From contig OX597816.1 in NCBI GenBank assembly GCA_951406725.2, positions 22,878,001 to 22,942,000 of the forward strand: DNA of 64,000 nt. The letters are read 5' to 3'. The translations under genes and the position numbers were made by a program. The stretch is from Octopus vulgaris. Its lineage: Eukaryota. Below, piece by piece: positions 1-13,881 of the stretch (its first letter is position 1; each line of letters opens with the position of its first letter). The notes beneath the pieces were generated by a model. The model had not been told where the DNA came from, did no database searches, and saw only the letters and a list, made by a program, of their open reading frames with translations.

Positions 1-16
1 GGGGAAATAATGAAGG

Positions 17-59
<43 letters not shown>

Positions 60-2513
60 CACACCGGTATATAAAAGAAAAGGATATATATAAATATTCA
101 CCCACAATTATACACAATAACTAGGAATCAATCCTTAGATATTCAACAACTGCCCGAATAGAACATCTACTCTGATAATTTTTCCTGGCATTTGTCCCTT
201 GAACAATTTTCCCAATTAAGAGAATTGATTAGTGTTATTATAAATTATTTAATTATTAACTATTGTAATTTCTAATTACGCAGTTATTAGTTATTGTAAT
301 TATCAACTGGGCATTTAGTAATTATTGCAATTATTATTCAATTGATATTTTGAAGGGGACGAACTTGAAGAATCGTTAAAGCGTGGGAATATGATCTGCA
401 GTATGTCGTACCTGCATTTTATATTCTAAGTTCAAATCCTGCGGTTGCTAGGTTTTCTGTTTGTTATTTCGTAAAAGATAACAAGGTACTTGGGGTGAGG
501 GTAGTAACTAACTTACTCCACTGAAGATGCTTACCTTGTAAATTTCGTCTGCCGTTACGTTCTGAGTTCAAATTCCGCCGAGGTCGACATTGCCTTTCAT
601 CCTTTCGGGATCGATTAAATAAATACCAGTTACGCACTGGAGTCGATGTAATCGACTTAAACCGTTTGTCTGCCCTTATTTGTCTCCTCTATCTTTAGCT
701 CCCTGTGGGCAATAAAGAAATAAATTAAATCAGATCACTTGTTTTCATTTGTATATAGCGCACAACTTGTGTTTACCGGTAGAATTATAGCTATGATCCG
801 CAATCGGTATGCCGCGGCACACTGATGGGCCACGAGACAATGCTAGATGTGCCACCGTGTAACCTGAATATAATTTCTTTCCCTACACTTTTAGTTATAT
901 TTTTACTTCAGGTGTGCCGCCGAAATTTGAAAAGAATATAAGAATACCACAAGTGAAAAATGGTTTCGAAGCAATGAATTATAGTAATATATGGATATAC
1001 ATTTATGTTATAATTCCTTCATATTTTCAATCAGTAATATATTGAAAATGCAACCTTAATCAGTTTTATTTACAGAAAAACATACTTGTACTTTTATCGC
1101 AACTTTTCTCTTCTTTGAGGGAATTGTTCACGGCCACTTGTCGAAAACGTAATGTCCACAGGTGCAATTGTCTAAGGACAGTTGTTGTTTGGCGCCAAAT
1201 AATCAATAACTGAGACGGTGTAAACCAGAAAACAGAATCGTTAGCATGTCTGGCAAAATGCTTGGCGGTATTTCGTCTGCCGCTACGTTCTGAGTTCAAA
1301 TTCTACCGAGGTCGACTTTGCCTTTCATCCTTTCGGGGTTGATTAAATAAGTACCAGTTACGCACTGGGATCTATATAATCGACTTAATCCGTTTGTCCT
1401 CTCTGTGTTTAGCCCCTTGAGGGTGGTAGAGAAATGTGTATTTCTCCCAGATTTTAGATTCTGAGGTCAAATCCTATAAAAAGCTTACCTTTTTATTCCT
1501 TCGGTGTCAATAAAACAGAGTGCCAAGAAGTACCGGAGTCGATGTAATCGACTTAATTGTACACTAAAAATTACTGACCTTGGAACCTGCAACGGACCAG
1601 ATTTCCGTCACTTATACGTCATGGAAACTGATTAAAGAGCCTTATGTGTTCTAAGATTCAAAGCAAATATTTTAAAAACTATAAGACCCGCGGCCTTCAC
1701 TATCTTGTCATTTTCAGGAATGGCGCGTGAAATTCCATTATACAATTCGTATTTTTTTAAGACTACAATGTAAGATATAAAGAAAATTGGGTTTCAATTT
1801 CAACGAGGTAAAGTTATTACGCTGATGCTGCCTGTTTCTTTTTGATGCGTTCACATTTGGTTGGTAGTGAGTATTCAGTAATTGGTTGATATTTTTCATA
1901 AATGCTCCCAATATGCTTCATGGAGAAGTATTTTCTTGGTACTATGGCTCACAAGCAAGGTGTAAAAGCATTCATACCTGCTTTCGCAGCCAACTTTAAT
2001 TGCTCTATTTTAAATTTCTACTCGATATCAACAATTTTCTGCAGGTAATATAGCAAGGCAGTTTCGTCTCTATTTACGGTCCTAGTTCAAATTCCGCGAA
2101 GGTCGATTTGCTTTTCATCATTTCGGGGTCGATACCAGTTGCATACCAGTTGCATACTGGGGTCGATCTAATCGGCTGGCCCCCTCCCCCAAAATTCAGG
2201 ACTTGTGCTTAGTGTATAAAAGAATATAGCAACGTAGCGTTATTATTTCGTGTTGATTATTTCTTATAACTTGCATTTTACACCCTTTTTTTTTAGAATA
2301 ATTTCCCGTGTCATATTGGAGAGTGTCATACCCTTAAGATATTTGCATATTTTAAATTGCATGTTTTCAACTTTGCTCCAGCCATTTCGTGTAGTATAAT
2401 TGTGTTTGAGTAGAACAGGTTTTATTTGCCATCTAATATTTATTTGTAGTGAACATCGCAGCGAATGTCACTCATTTAAAGATATTTTGATATATATATA
2501 TATATATATAAAC

Positions 2514-2560
<47 letters not shown>

Positions 2561-2609
2561 TATCTTTATTTTCTCTCTTTATTTTCTCTCCTTATTTCTT
2601 TATGTGTTC

Positions 2610-2645
2610 CTTTCTGTGGAAGAGCGTAGGCTCGAAACGTTAAAG
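2610..2645 (+). ncRNA. Hammerhead-like motif with CUGUnGA core
   Basis: CTTT CTGTGGA A GAGC GTAG GCTC GAAACGTT AAAG; sister copy at 10857-10891 (-) has CTGTAGA. Confidence 0.45.
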
Positions 2646-2778
2646 ATATTTTTTAACTTCTCGAGCGTTATACTAATACATCAGCTCGTTGTCTACACCT
2701 CCTGTCTTCGTCTTTTGTATTTTTTCGTGAATTCTCCCTATATATATATGTATATATATATATATATATATACACAGT

Positions 2779-2816
<38 letters not shown>

Positions 2817-2918
2817 GAGATTGAGAGAGTCAGAGAGTCTGAAAGAGTGAAAGAGAAAGGGAGAGAAGGATGAGGAGGAGAGGAATATAGATAGATACCT
2901 ATGTATGTATATAAATGT

Positions 2919-2972
<54 letters not shown>

Positions 2973-3313
2973 ATAGAAATATTAAAATTACTAAGTCTCT
3001 CTGAAAGAGAACAGCGGCAGCGTTCCCGGAAAATAATAGTTATCGCCATACTAATATGGCATTCTTATAAAAATACGTATATATATTAATATTAATATAT
3101 AAATGAGTAACAGCAGAGGTACTAATGTCAATGCATTACAGCCGTTCCTAACGCCTCCTTTAAGTGATTAATGAAAACATTACAATATTTTAAAGAAACA
3201 AGTTTTCATCAGATGAATTCATGAACTTCAAAATAAAGCAGTTGTATATTTAAAAGATGAGGAATTATGTACGTTATTTACATTTAACACATATTTGTCC
3301 TCACTTTGTTGTT

Positions 3314-3359
3314 AACACAACTTTTCGGCAGATTTACCCTCCAGCCTTCATCAGGTGTC
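3314..3359 (-). ncRNA. Degenerate minimal hammerhead (Penelope type)
   Basis: GACAC CTGATGA A GGC..GCC GAAA AGTT GTGTT; related copies at 46460-46505 (-), about 25904-25948 (+) and about 47116-47160 (+), each with different core mutations. Confidence 0.55.
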
Positions 3360-3650
3360 TTGGGGAAATTTCGATGTTTTGTTTTTATACAAACGTCATT
3401 ATGTACTGTAACCTTTTAATTAAATCACGACTTTGTGGGTGGATACTGATAACTTGCCGAACATTCCAGCTAACCGTGAAAACATCGATGCGGTACATTT
3501 TCCCTGAGTAATCTCGTATCTGACATATTTGACTTATTCATGAAATTTCGTAAGCAGTTTTTCATTTTTTTCTTTGAACTGTAAAGAATTAACGTTATTT
3601 TTTCATGAGATCTGTATTTCACCTGTATGAATATACCCCGACGAGCATCA

Positions 3651-4031
3651 TTACTCTCGTTTTTACTCTTTTACTTGTTTCAGTTATTTGACTGCGGCCA
3701 TGCTGGAGCACCGCCTTTAGTCGAGTAAATCGACCCCAGGACTTATTCTTTGTAAGCCTAGTACTTATTCTATCAGTAAACACACCAGCATCGGTTGTCA
3801 AGCGATGTTGGGAGGACAAACACAGACACACAAACACACACACAAATATACACATATATACATATATACGACAGGCTTCTTTCAGTTTCCGTCACTAAAT
3901 CCACTCACAAGGCTTTAGTCGGCCCGAGGCTATAGTAGAAGACACTTGCCCAAGGTGCCACGCAGTGGGACTGAACCCGGAACCATGTGGTTGGTAAGCA
4001 AGCTACTTACCACACAGCCACTCCTGCGCCT
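3651..4031 (-). mobile_element. tRNA-derived SINE family B (internal (TA)n/(TG)n, AAAGAGT tail)
   Basis: Head GGCGCAGGAGTGGCTGTGTGGTAAG..GGTTCAGTCCC; more than 10 full or partial copies in the window. Confidence 0.88.
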
Positions 4032-5677
4032 ATTACCTGCAGATTTCTTTAAAATTATAATGCAGATATTTTTCAGTTTTAATTTTCTTTACCAGTAATT
4101 GTATTCAATACTTTGTTTTTATACCTGTATAGTAAAAAACATTTTTTAAGAGGTTTACGTGTACTGTAAACTTTTAATGAAAACGGGATATCTTAAATGC
4201 AGCTGGCATTTTAGCTTTCTGATAGTATTATGTATAAAAAAATATTCAAGATTTGTATGAATCAACATTCAGTGTATATGTATTAACTATAGGAAGAAGT
4301 ATAAATAGATACTATTTAGACTTGTGGTCCTTACTCATGCTGTCTCGATTTACAAATACAAATATATAAATACCCCAAAATCCGCAACACTTTCAGTCCT
4401 GTGACTTTCGGATAAGAGATTCTCGGATCTACATACATAACTTTGATTTATTTGGTAGTTTTGTCTCCTTTGCCTGTATCAACTGCATTTTTGCTTTGTA
4501 TGTGATGGTCAGATATATTTGATTTACGTTGAAGTTACAGGGAATTAGAGTATGTTATAGTGGTGACTGGTACTTATGTTCTATAGCCTTTTAGCCAGAC
4601 TTTCAATTGGTTAATATATTTTGGGAAGGATTCCTCGCAACTTTGGGAAATGGTGGCTAAAATGTGGAAGAAAGATAATCATATTTTAGTAAAATTTTCG
4701 CGTGTACCATAATAGAAGAAAAAGTGTTATTTTCTGTTACTAACACTATACAATAACTTCTCCAAGATAATGTTTCAGTGATATTTTAAAATTTAGTGGA
4801 TTTGGGGGTGATCTTTAGAACCGAGATGTCATCTACATCTATGGTGTAAGATCAAAGTAAATTATAACTAGCAGTTTGACCAATAATAATGACGCGTCAA
4901 AAACGAAGTGCAAAAATAAGAGAAAAAAAATATAGATATACCATTGACACGGGGAAACTAGAAGAAGATGGAAAACGAAAGTAAAAAAGAAAAGCGGAAA
5001 GAAAAATTAAAGAAGAGCAATATAACCTAATGACATCGGCAGTTCGAGAATGTGAAAAAGAACGAGAGCTCAAGAGACTGTATGTCTATAGAAAAATATT
5101 GAAGAGAAGAATACAGGAACCAAAATAGTCCATTAAATACATCCAACAACTGACATCTAACATATGCAGTCAAGTAGAATATCAATGTCGCGGTCGTAGG
5201 TGTGGAAGAATGGAATGCGACCATTATCATGAAGGGAGAAGAAAGGGAAGAAGAGAAGGAGAAGAAGAAGAAAAAGAAGAAGAAGAAGAAGAAGAAGAAG
5301 AATAAGAAAATGAAGAAGAAAAGAAAAAGAAAAAAAAAGAAAAAGAAGAAAAAGAAGTAGAAAAAGAAGAAGAAAGAGAAGAAGAATGGAATGCGACCAT
5401 TATCATGAAAGAAGAAGAAGAAGGGTGGAAGTATAGTGTTCAAGTGTATTAAAAGTAGCTTAGATATTAAGACCATTAGACATCATTTGCTTTTACACTG
5501 CGATTGTTTTAGTTCCTAATCAAGTTACGAGGTAAAACTGTTTGGTAGGCAATCTAAAGGAACCGGGATTGAGTCCTTTGGCAGTATATAGAGAAGAAAG
5601 TTTGAGACGTTGGACGTGACCACAAGTATATCATATATGCATATGAGATAAAATATTTGCAGAGAAAGCCCCAAATA

Positions 5678-5839
5678 AGCGCACGAGTGGCTTTGTGCTA
5701 AGTAGCTTGCTTACCAACCACATGGTTCCGGGTTCAGTCCCACTGCGTGGCACCTTGGGCAAGCGTCTTCTACTATATCTTCGACCGACTAAATCCTTGT
5801 GAGCAGATTTGGTAGATGGAAACTGAAAGAAGCCCGTCG

Positions 5840-5886
<47 letters not shown>

Positions 5887-6085
5887 CTGTGTTTGTCCCC
5901 ATAACATCGCTTAACAACCGATGCTGGTGTGTTTACGTCCCCGTAACTTAGCGGTTCGGCAAAAGTGACCATTAGAATATGTACTAGGCTTACAAACAAA
6001 AAGTCCCGGGGTCGAGTTGCTCGACTAAAGGCGGTGCTCCAGCATGGCCGCAGTCAAAGGACTGAAGCAAGTAAAAGAGCAAAAG
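5678..6085 (+). mobile_element. SINE family B
   Basis: Full-length match to 3651-4031. Confidence 0.88.
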
Positions 6086-6481
6086 TGTAAAAGAATTTTA
6101 GTTAATACCAGACATGATAGAGTGTAGGACGATGCGTTTTCTTTAAAAATTTTCAAAATTTTTCCAAGTGCACTTCGAATGATAGATAACACCGGAATTC
6201 ATGAAGATGTAGCATGCAATAGGTTCGATACTACTAAACATCTGACTGTGGCTATTGTTGATTTATAATTTTTCGAAACTAGCATTGATTGCATCTTCTA
6301 CAGAGTTAAGGGTTACAAGGCCAATGATTTTATTAATTATTGGAATCTGTTATATCTGTAAACGACAGTAAATCTGTTGATATTAATAATTCCGTAAAAC
6401 AGAATGTATTGTATTTCGTTTTGGGATTTAGTTTGCAAGATTCTTTATTTGAGTTCGTGTGTTGAAGCATATTCTGAGGTG

Positions 6482-6784
6482 TCTGGGGAGAGTCATTCTC
6501 TTTTAGTGCCTTATAATGTAACACACTCACCGGTAAAATTTCCACTTATTTTTTATTTTTATTTTCCTAAAATTTCGTTGTGTCTTGTAACCTTTTCAAT
6601 AGTCTTGCTATGTATGTTATTTACACTGCGTTCCTTTAAATAACGGATAGAGTCAAGACTATTGAAAAGGTTGCACGACGCAACGAAAATTTTAGGAAAA
6701 TAAAAAGAAGAAATATCTGAAAATTTTACCGGTGAGTGTGTTTGTTACATTATAAGGCACAAAAAGAAAATTACTCTCACCAGA
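6482..6784. repeat. Imperfect inverted repeat (fold-back element)
   Basis: 6482-6607 pairs with 6654-6784. Confidence 0.8.
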
Positions 6785-7361
6785 TATAACAGAGAATGTA
6801 TTGCTTTCGCTATTTTAACTATACAATAGGCATTTTATTCTAAATGTACAAGGTGTATAATTATAATTTCTTAATAGCTAACCAACAATATTTGCGTTAC
6901 AATTCCAGCTGGTAACCTGCTTACTATATTAGATTTTTTTCCGGTACATCAATTTAAATAATAGTAATTAGCTAACATATTAATACCTATTTCATGGTGA
7001 TTAATGGATAGGCTTTGATTGTTTTACTTTATATACATTTCTCCGTCAATACTACAGTGAACTTTCGCGTCGTTCATTTCAGTTACGTAATTAGCCCATT
7101 CGTCTAACAATTAACAGAAAACTAAGATAAGAAATTACATGTTAATGATTTAAAGCTTACGACAGTGCATAAGGCAGACGCGAATATTGATTTTCTGGAT
7201 TGCCTCTATAACATGTTTCGCAATTATATGTCGATACATCTTCGTGTTTTGAGATACATTACAGCTCACAGCAATTTTAAGTGATAAACTTAGTAGGTGA
7301 TACGTTCCAGTAGCATATATCTCTATTTATCGTATATCTGATGTTATTAACAAAAGACTTT

Positions 7362-7746
7362 TGAAGCACTCCGTCGGTTACGACTATGAGGGTTCCAGTT
7401 GATCCGAATCAACGGAACAGCCTGCTCGTGAAATTAATGTGTAAGTGGCTGAGCACTCCACAGACACGTGCACCCTTAACGTAGTTCTCGGGGGATATTC
7501 AGCGTGACACAGAGAGTGACAAGGCCGGCCCCTTGAAATACAGGTACAACAGAAACAGGAAGTAAGAGTGAGAGAAAGTTGTGGTGAAAGAGTACAGCAG
7601 GGATCACCACCATCCCCTGCCGGAGCCTCGTGGAGCTTTTAGGTGTTTTCGCTCAATAAACACTCACAACGCCCGGTCTGGGAATCGAAACCGCGATCCT
7701 ATGACCGCGAGTCCGCTGCCCTAACCACTAGGCCATTTCGCCTCCA
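7362..7746 (-). mobile_element. tRNA-derived SINE (Arg-like head, family A)
   Basis: Head GGAGGCGAAATGGCCTAGTGGTTAGG..GGTTTCGATTCC with A and B boxes; imperfect TSD TAACAAAAGACT; near-identical to 43934-44318. Confidence 0.85.
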
Positions 7747-7837
7747 AATAACAAAAAGACTAAGAAGAATATAAATGTTAAGATGAAATAAAATTGTTAT
7801 TGCTTGAATTATTGGGTTGACTGGAAATTTCGTGCCG

Positions 7838-7947
<110 letters not shown>

Positions 7948-7967
7948 ATGTGTGGATGTGTGTTATA

Positions 7968-8380
7968 GGGGCAGGAATGACTGTTGGTAAGTAGCTTGCT
8001 TACCAACCACATGGTTCCGGGTTCAGTCCCACTGCCTGGCACCTTGGGCAAGCGACTTCTACTATAGCTTCGAGTCGACCAAATCCTTGTGAGCAGATTT
8101 GGTAGATGGAAACTGAAAGAAGCCCTTCGTATATATATATACATTTGTGTGTGTATGTGTGTGTGTGTGTTTGTGTTTCTGTGTTTGTGCCCACAACATC
8201 GCTTCACAACCGATGCTGGTGTGTTTAAGTCCCCGTAACTTAGCGGTTCGGCAAAAGGGATCAACAGAATAAGTACTAGGCTTACAAAGAATAAGTCCTA
8301 TGGTCGATTTGCTCGATTAATGGCGGTGCTCCAGTATGTCCAGAGTCAAATGGCTGAAACAAAAGACTAAAAGAGAAAAA
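7968..8380 (+). mobile_element. SINE family B
   Basis: Full-length match. Confidence 0.88.
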
Positions 8381-8779
8381 GAGAGAAGTACCTGACTTAG
8401 GATTACTGATATAGAATTGTTCCACTAAACTATTCCAGGCAGAGCCCCAGCATGGCAAAAGTCCAATGACTACAATACGTAAACGTTGAGAGAAAAAATA
8501 ACAAATGGCTCAATGGATATATTAATATTTGTATTAGTATATTTTCTATAACGCATAATATTTTGTCGATACCCTTTCCATATGTTTCAACTTCGCAAGT
8601 AATGGAAACGACAGAAGAAAAAAACACACACAGAATTTCAAAATGTATCGCTAGTTACATTTGCCTATTGTTCTCCACTGTTCGGCGCAAATCATCCAGA
8701 ATATATTTATTTTCATTACACATTTTCGAATTGAACTAAATTTCATAGAATGATTATATTTCAAATTCAATACTGCATA

Positions 8780-8813
<34 letters not shown>

Positions 8814-8827
8814 CATACATACATACA

Positions 8828-8859
<32 letters not shown>

Positions 8860-8866
8860 CATACAT

Positions 8867-8953
<87 letters not shown>

Positions 8954-10266
8954 AAATATTTCCAAAATGAATTATTTTGTGATTGCTTTCACATTGAGAT
9001 TAATTGTTCATTTATTATCCATTAAATTTCGTTTTTATCTTCTTGTTTTCATAAATGTTCTTGCAAGCAGTTATGAAACACACTGAGGTATAATGTTCAG
9101 CATTATCCTAAATACCAATATTACAGATCAGAATGCTTCCACCCCTTAATATATTATGATGAATGAGATTCAGTGTGGCAAATGAAGCCAACTGTTATTA
9201 AAATGTATACAATGCAACACCTGCTATTTTGCTTCTTGTTATTGAATGTAATGTACGTAGATGTGCCAGGTACCTGTATATGTTTCCGTTATCTGTTATG
9301 GAAATCGATACCACCAAATACCAGCAAAATACAATATGAAATCATTGCAGAGGAATGGAAGTTCTTCAGCGATATGACATATACGTTAATATCATCATAC
9401 AAATCTTTGACATTGCTAAACAATTGAACAATATGCATCAATGAGCTTTGAATGCAAATTTAATCAGATCTGTTGCCAATTTTACTCGATTCTCTCAGTT
9501 TCTGTAATATTTGTCTTTTAAAATACACAACAAAACTCTTCTATATGATGTCGTTCATGTTATCACTAAACAAAAGAAGTTTTCTTTGCAATGAAATCTT
9601 TGAAACTATATTCCATTTGAAAAACTATTCAGCCGCGACTTACTATATATATCTACTTGCAGCATTTTCGTTTCGTCTGCTGAAATTAAACATTTCTTAT
9701 TGCATAGCGGTATGTCTTTCATAAAATTCTTTTGTGGTATTTGTATAAATAATTTGTTTAACTAAGTCTATGAAACAAAAGTTCAAACTAATTGATAATC
9801 GGATATATAGTTTCATAAGAATAAACTTAGAATTAAAATATATAGGCATAGACTCTATACTATACAGTCTCACAAAATTGCAGATCGTTAGCAAGAATGG
9901 CTATTTAATGAAATACGGCCGAAGTTTACAAAAGAAGTAACCTACTATTTTTAGATTCGTAATTTACCATAAGCCCTCAATTGATACACTACAAATAAAA
10001 CATGAATGACTTGGGAATAACCTTCGTCATAACCCAACGCCAATTTATTTCTAAATTTATAAGTACATTTATTTTGTCGTGTGGTTTAAATTATACTTTG
10101 GAATTTGTATTGATTGTCTGGATATGTTTCTTCTATAATTTCCCTTATTCTTCGACTTAGCTCGCAATGAGCACTTCTTATTACAGTCCATTTATTTTGA
10201 TGTATACTTAAAAACATATTTTATAAGAAAAAATAACTTTATGTATATATACACACACACAAAAAC

Positions 10267-10313
<47 letters not shown>

Positions 10314-10316
<3 letters not shown>

Positions 10317-10730
10317 TCTTTTACTCTTTTACTTGTTTCAGTCATTTGACTGCGGCCATGCTGGAGCACCGCCTTTAATCGAGCAACTCGACCCCGGGAT
10401 TTATTCTTTTTGTAAGCCCAGTACTTATTCTATCGGTCTCTTTTTGCCGAACCGCTAAGTGACGGGGACGTAAACACACCAGCATCGGTTGTCAAGCAAT
10501 GCTAGGGGAACAAACACAGACACATAAACACACACACATACATATATATACATATATACGACAGGCTTCTTTCAGTTTCCGTCTACCAAATCCACTCACA
10601 AGGCATTGGTCAGCCCGGGGCTATAGCAGAAGACACTTGCCCAAGATGCCACGCAGTGGGACTGAACCCGGAACCCCGGAACCATGAGGTTGGTTAGCAA
10701 GCTACTTACCACACAGCCACTCCTGCGCCT
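10314..10730 (-). mobile_element. SINE family B
   Basis: Full-length match. Confidence 0.88.
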
Positions 10731-11582
10731 ATATAGCCACTCCTGCGCATATATATATATATAGGGAGAGTTTACGAAAAAACAAAAGACGAAGACAGGT
10801 TGTGTACAAAACAAAAAAAAGATGTATTAGTGGAACGCTCAGGAATAGAAAAAGTATTTTACGTTTCGTGCCTACGCTCTTCTACAGAAAGGGACACAGA
10901 AAAAACAAGGAGAGAAACAAGGAGAGAAAAAATGTGTGTAGTGGCTAATGACCTATCATGGCGTCTGATTCGGACAGAAGAGCCACACACGAGGAGGAAA
11001 GTTAGGGGAGATAACAAGGTAAAGATGACCCAACACGAAGGTGCGTGTGTGTATAAGAGAGTATGTATGTGCGTGTGAAAGACTGGTGGTCTGGATATGT
11101 GCGTGTATGTATGTGTAGGTGTCAGAATGTGGGGATGAGTGTGTGGATGGTGTGTTGTGATGTGATGTGTAATGTTGTATGGTGTAGTGTGGTGTGGTGT
11201 ATATATGTTTGTATGTATGTACGTATATATGTAAATATATGTATGTGTGTGTGTTTGCGTGTAGCAAGATCTCCAAAAAGCAAAACTATAGCAAAAACAA
11301 CAGTGAGACGGGAAAATATCACAAAGTAATTGTACTCATTTTATTCGATTAAATATTACAAAACAAAACAAAAAAAGTTAATCATGGAATTTCAGACTTG
11401 GTACGTATTCAGAACATGGGTATAGTAACGAAAAATAAGAAATAAAGAAAAAAAACCTAATAAAAATATTAACAATCGATGTGAAAATGTCCACATGAAC
11501 CTTGCTTACATAGAGGCCTTTGACTGACCGGAGGTAGGATGAAGGAAGCAAAATAATAATAAGTCGCTTTCTCTTTATTATT

Positions 11583-11638
<56 letters not shown>

Positions 11639-11830
11639 GTGGTTCTCAGATAAAAAAGAGATGTTGTATTGTTTGGAGTGTCGGTGTTCATAATCTTGTG
11701 AGTATAGTGGTAGTTATAAAGATTGAGATAACGGTTGTTGTGGGTGTGCATAATCTAGAGGGCATCATGTATTTTGGCGGCAGTTCTTGTTTCTGCTTCT
11801 TCGTTAACTTACGAGCGGCGCTGTGCGTTT

Positions 11831-12100
11831 GTATACCAATTTACATATGAAATGCATTCCTAGAGCTGGTTCGTAAACATTAATGATTTGTAGGTACGTG
11901 TTTCCATAATGAACTACCACACACCATCAAAATGTTAATGTTTACATACCAGCTCCAGGAATGCGTTTAATATGTACATTGGTATGTCCAATACCTCAAT
12001 ATATCCCTGTATGAGCTGGCCATATAAGCAATGTGTTCAGAGGCGGAAATGGGTTAGACAGGCGGCACTGATGAAGGGGCATCAACCCCCGAAATATAAC
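11831..12100. repeat. Old fold-back element with partial hammerhead core
   Basis: Inverted repeat 11831-11883 / 11935-11987; CTGATGA A GGGG CATCAA CCCCC GAAA at 12068-12094, with no clear stem I. Confidence 0.5.
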
Positions 12101-12352
12101 ATATACTCTCATTACCCAATTTTGTATATCTCATTTTTCGTTTACATTGGACGTCTTGAAATGAAAGATTGTAGTAAACGTCAGTGCTGGCTATAATTTT
12201 CCATAGAATATCTATAGATATATCCTTAACAAAATAATGTAAATGGCTCTGCTAACGCAGTAGAATGTGATATTGACTTATAAAAAAATTTAACATAATT
12301 TATAGGATGTTATGTTTGCATAACGAAGTACCACGTACCTACAAATAATTAA

Positions 12353-12445
<93 letters not shown>

Positions 12446-13633
12446 TAAGCATTTATGTGTATGTATGCGTTCATGTATTTATGTATATATGCATGCATGT
12501 ATGCCATTATTCAGTTTTATTTCAAGATTTCTTGCTAATAAAGAAAGAACCGGTTTCTAACCTAGATCCAAGACTGCATCATTGGAATTTTATTATTAGC
12601 AACGGTGTTTTTGTATTATGTATGTATGTATGTATGTATGTATATATGTATGTGTGTGTATGTATGTATGTATGTATGTATGTATGTATGTATGTATGTA
12701 TGTATGTATAAGCATTTATGTGTATGTATGCGTTCATGTATTTATATATATATATGCATGCATGTATGTATGTATGTATGTATGTATGTATGTCATTATT
12801 CAGTTTTATTTCGAGATTTCTTGCTAATAAAAAAATGAACCGGTTTCTAACCTAGATCCAAGACTCCTTCATTGGAATTTCAATATCAACATCTGTATTT
12901 TTGTATGTATGTATGTATGTATGTATGTATGTATGTATGTATGTATGTATGTATGTATGTATGTATTTATACTTACAGATTTGTATGTTTTGTTTTATGT
13001 ATATCTTGTCATGCACATACTTGCATATCTAGACATAATCATATATACTTAAATGATAAACTTCTGAAAAGTTTTGCAGATTTTTACACTTCTAGTGATT
13101 AATTGGATCTGAAGTCGTCGATTCAGCTGTCTACTCTCTGGTTTTGATAAGCCTAAATTTTCAATATTGCTCTATAAGCAGCGTATAAGATAGTACCCCG
13201 ATAATTACAGGTAAGGTATAAATTACAGGTATGTATGTATCTATGCACGTACGCATCTATGTATGCATGCATATATCTATGTATGTATGTATGTATGTAT
13301 GCATGTATGTATGTATGTATGTATGTATGTATGTATGTATGTATGTATGCACATATGTATGTATGTATGTATGTTTGTATGTATGTATGCATGTATGTAT
13401 GCATGTATGTGTGCATGTATGTATGCGTGTATGTATGTATGTTTATATGTATGCATGTATGTATGCATGCATGTATGTATGTATGCGTGTATATATGAAT
13501 GAATGAATTATGTACGTATGTATGCATGCATTATGTGTGTAAAAGAACTAGCTGGTATAGAGATAGTTAAAATGTAACATGTTTAATTTTTACAAATTAT
13601 ATTATACAGTGAATTTAAAATTGAATAGTCAAA

Positions 13634-13694
<61 letters not shown>

Positions 13695-13881
13695 ATCTAT
13701 TATCAGACTATGAAATTTGTCAAAAAACAATCAGAGAGTAATTATACATAGAATATTCAACTATAAAGACTCTTTTCTAGATTTGTATCACTGATACATA
13801 TTTATGGATACATTAGCAACAGCTTTACTTCTCCTGTGTAATTGTTTGTCTCCTTTGAAACTAACGCTCTACCATTTAGCT

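Noticed and set aside
788-980. Possible hAT-type MITE remnant
   Set aside because: Terminal inverted repeats too degenerate and no TSD discernible.
7670-7746. tRNA-Arg gene (also 18887 and 44245-44318)
   Set aside because: Head of a repeated SINE continuing into a shared body with TSDs; acceptor stem not intact.
8950-10240. Unique AT-rich stretch with short ORFs (9173, 9473, 9697)
   Set aside because: No recognisable protein motif or convincing exon structure.
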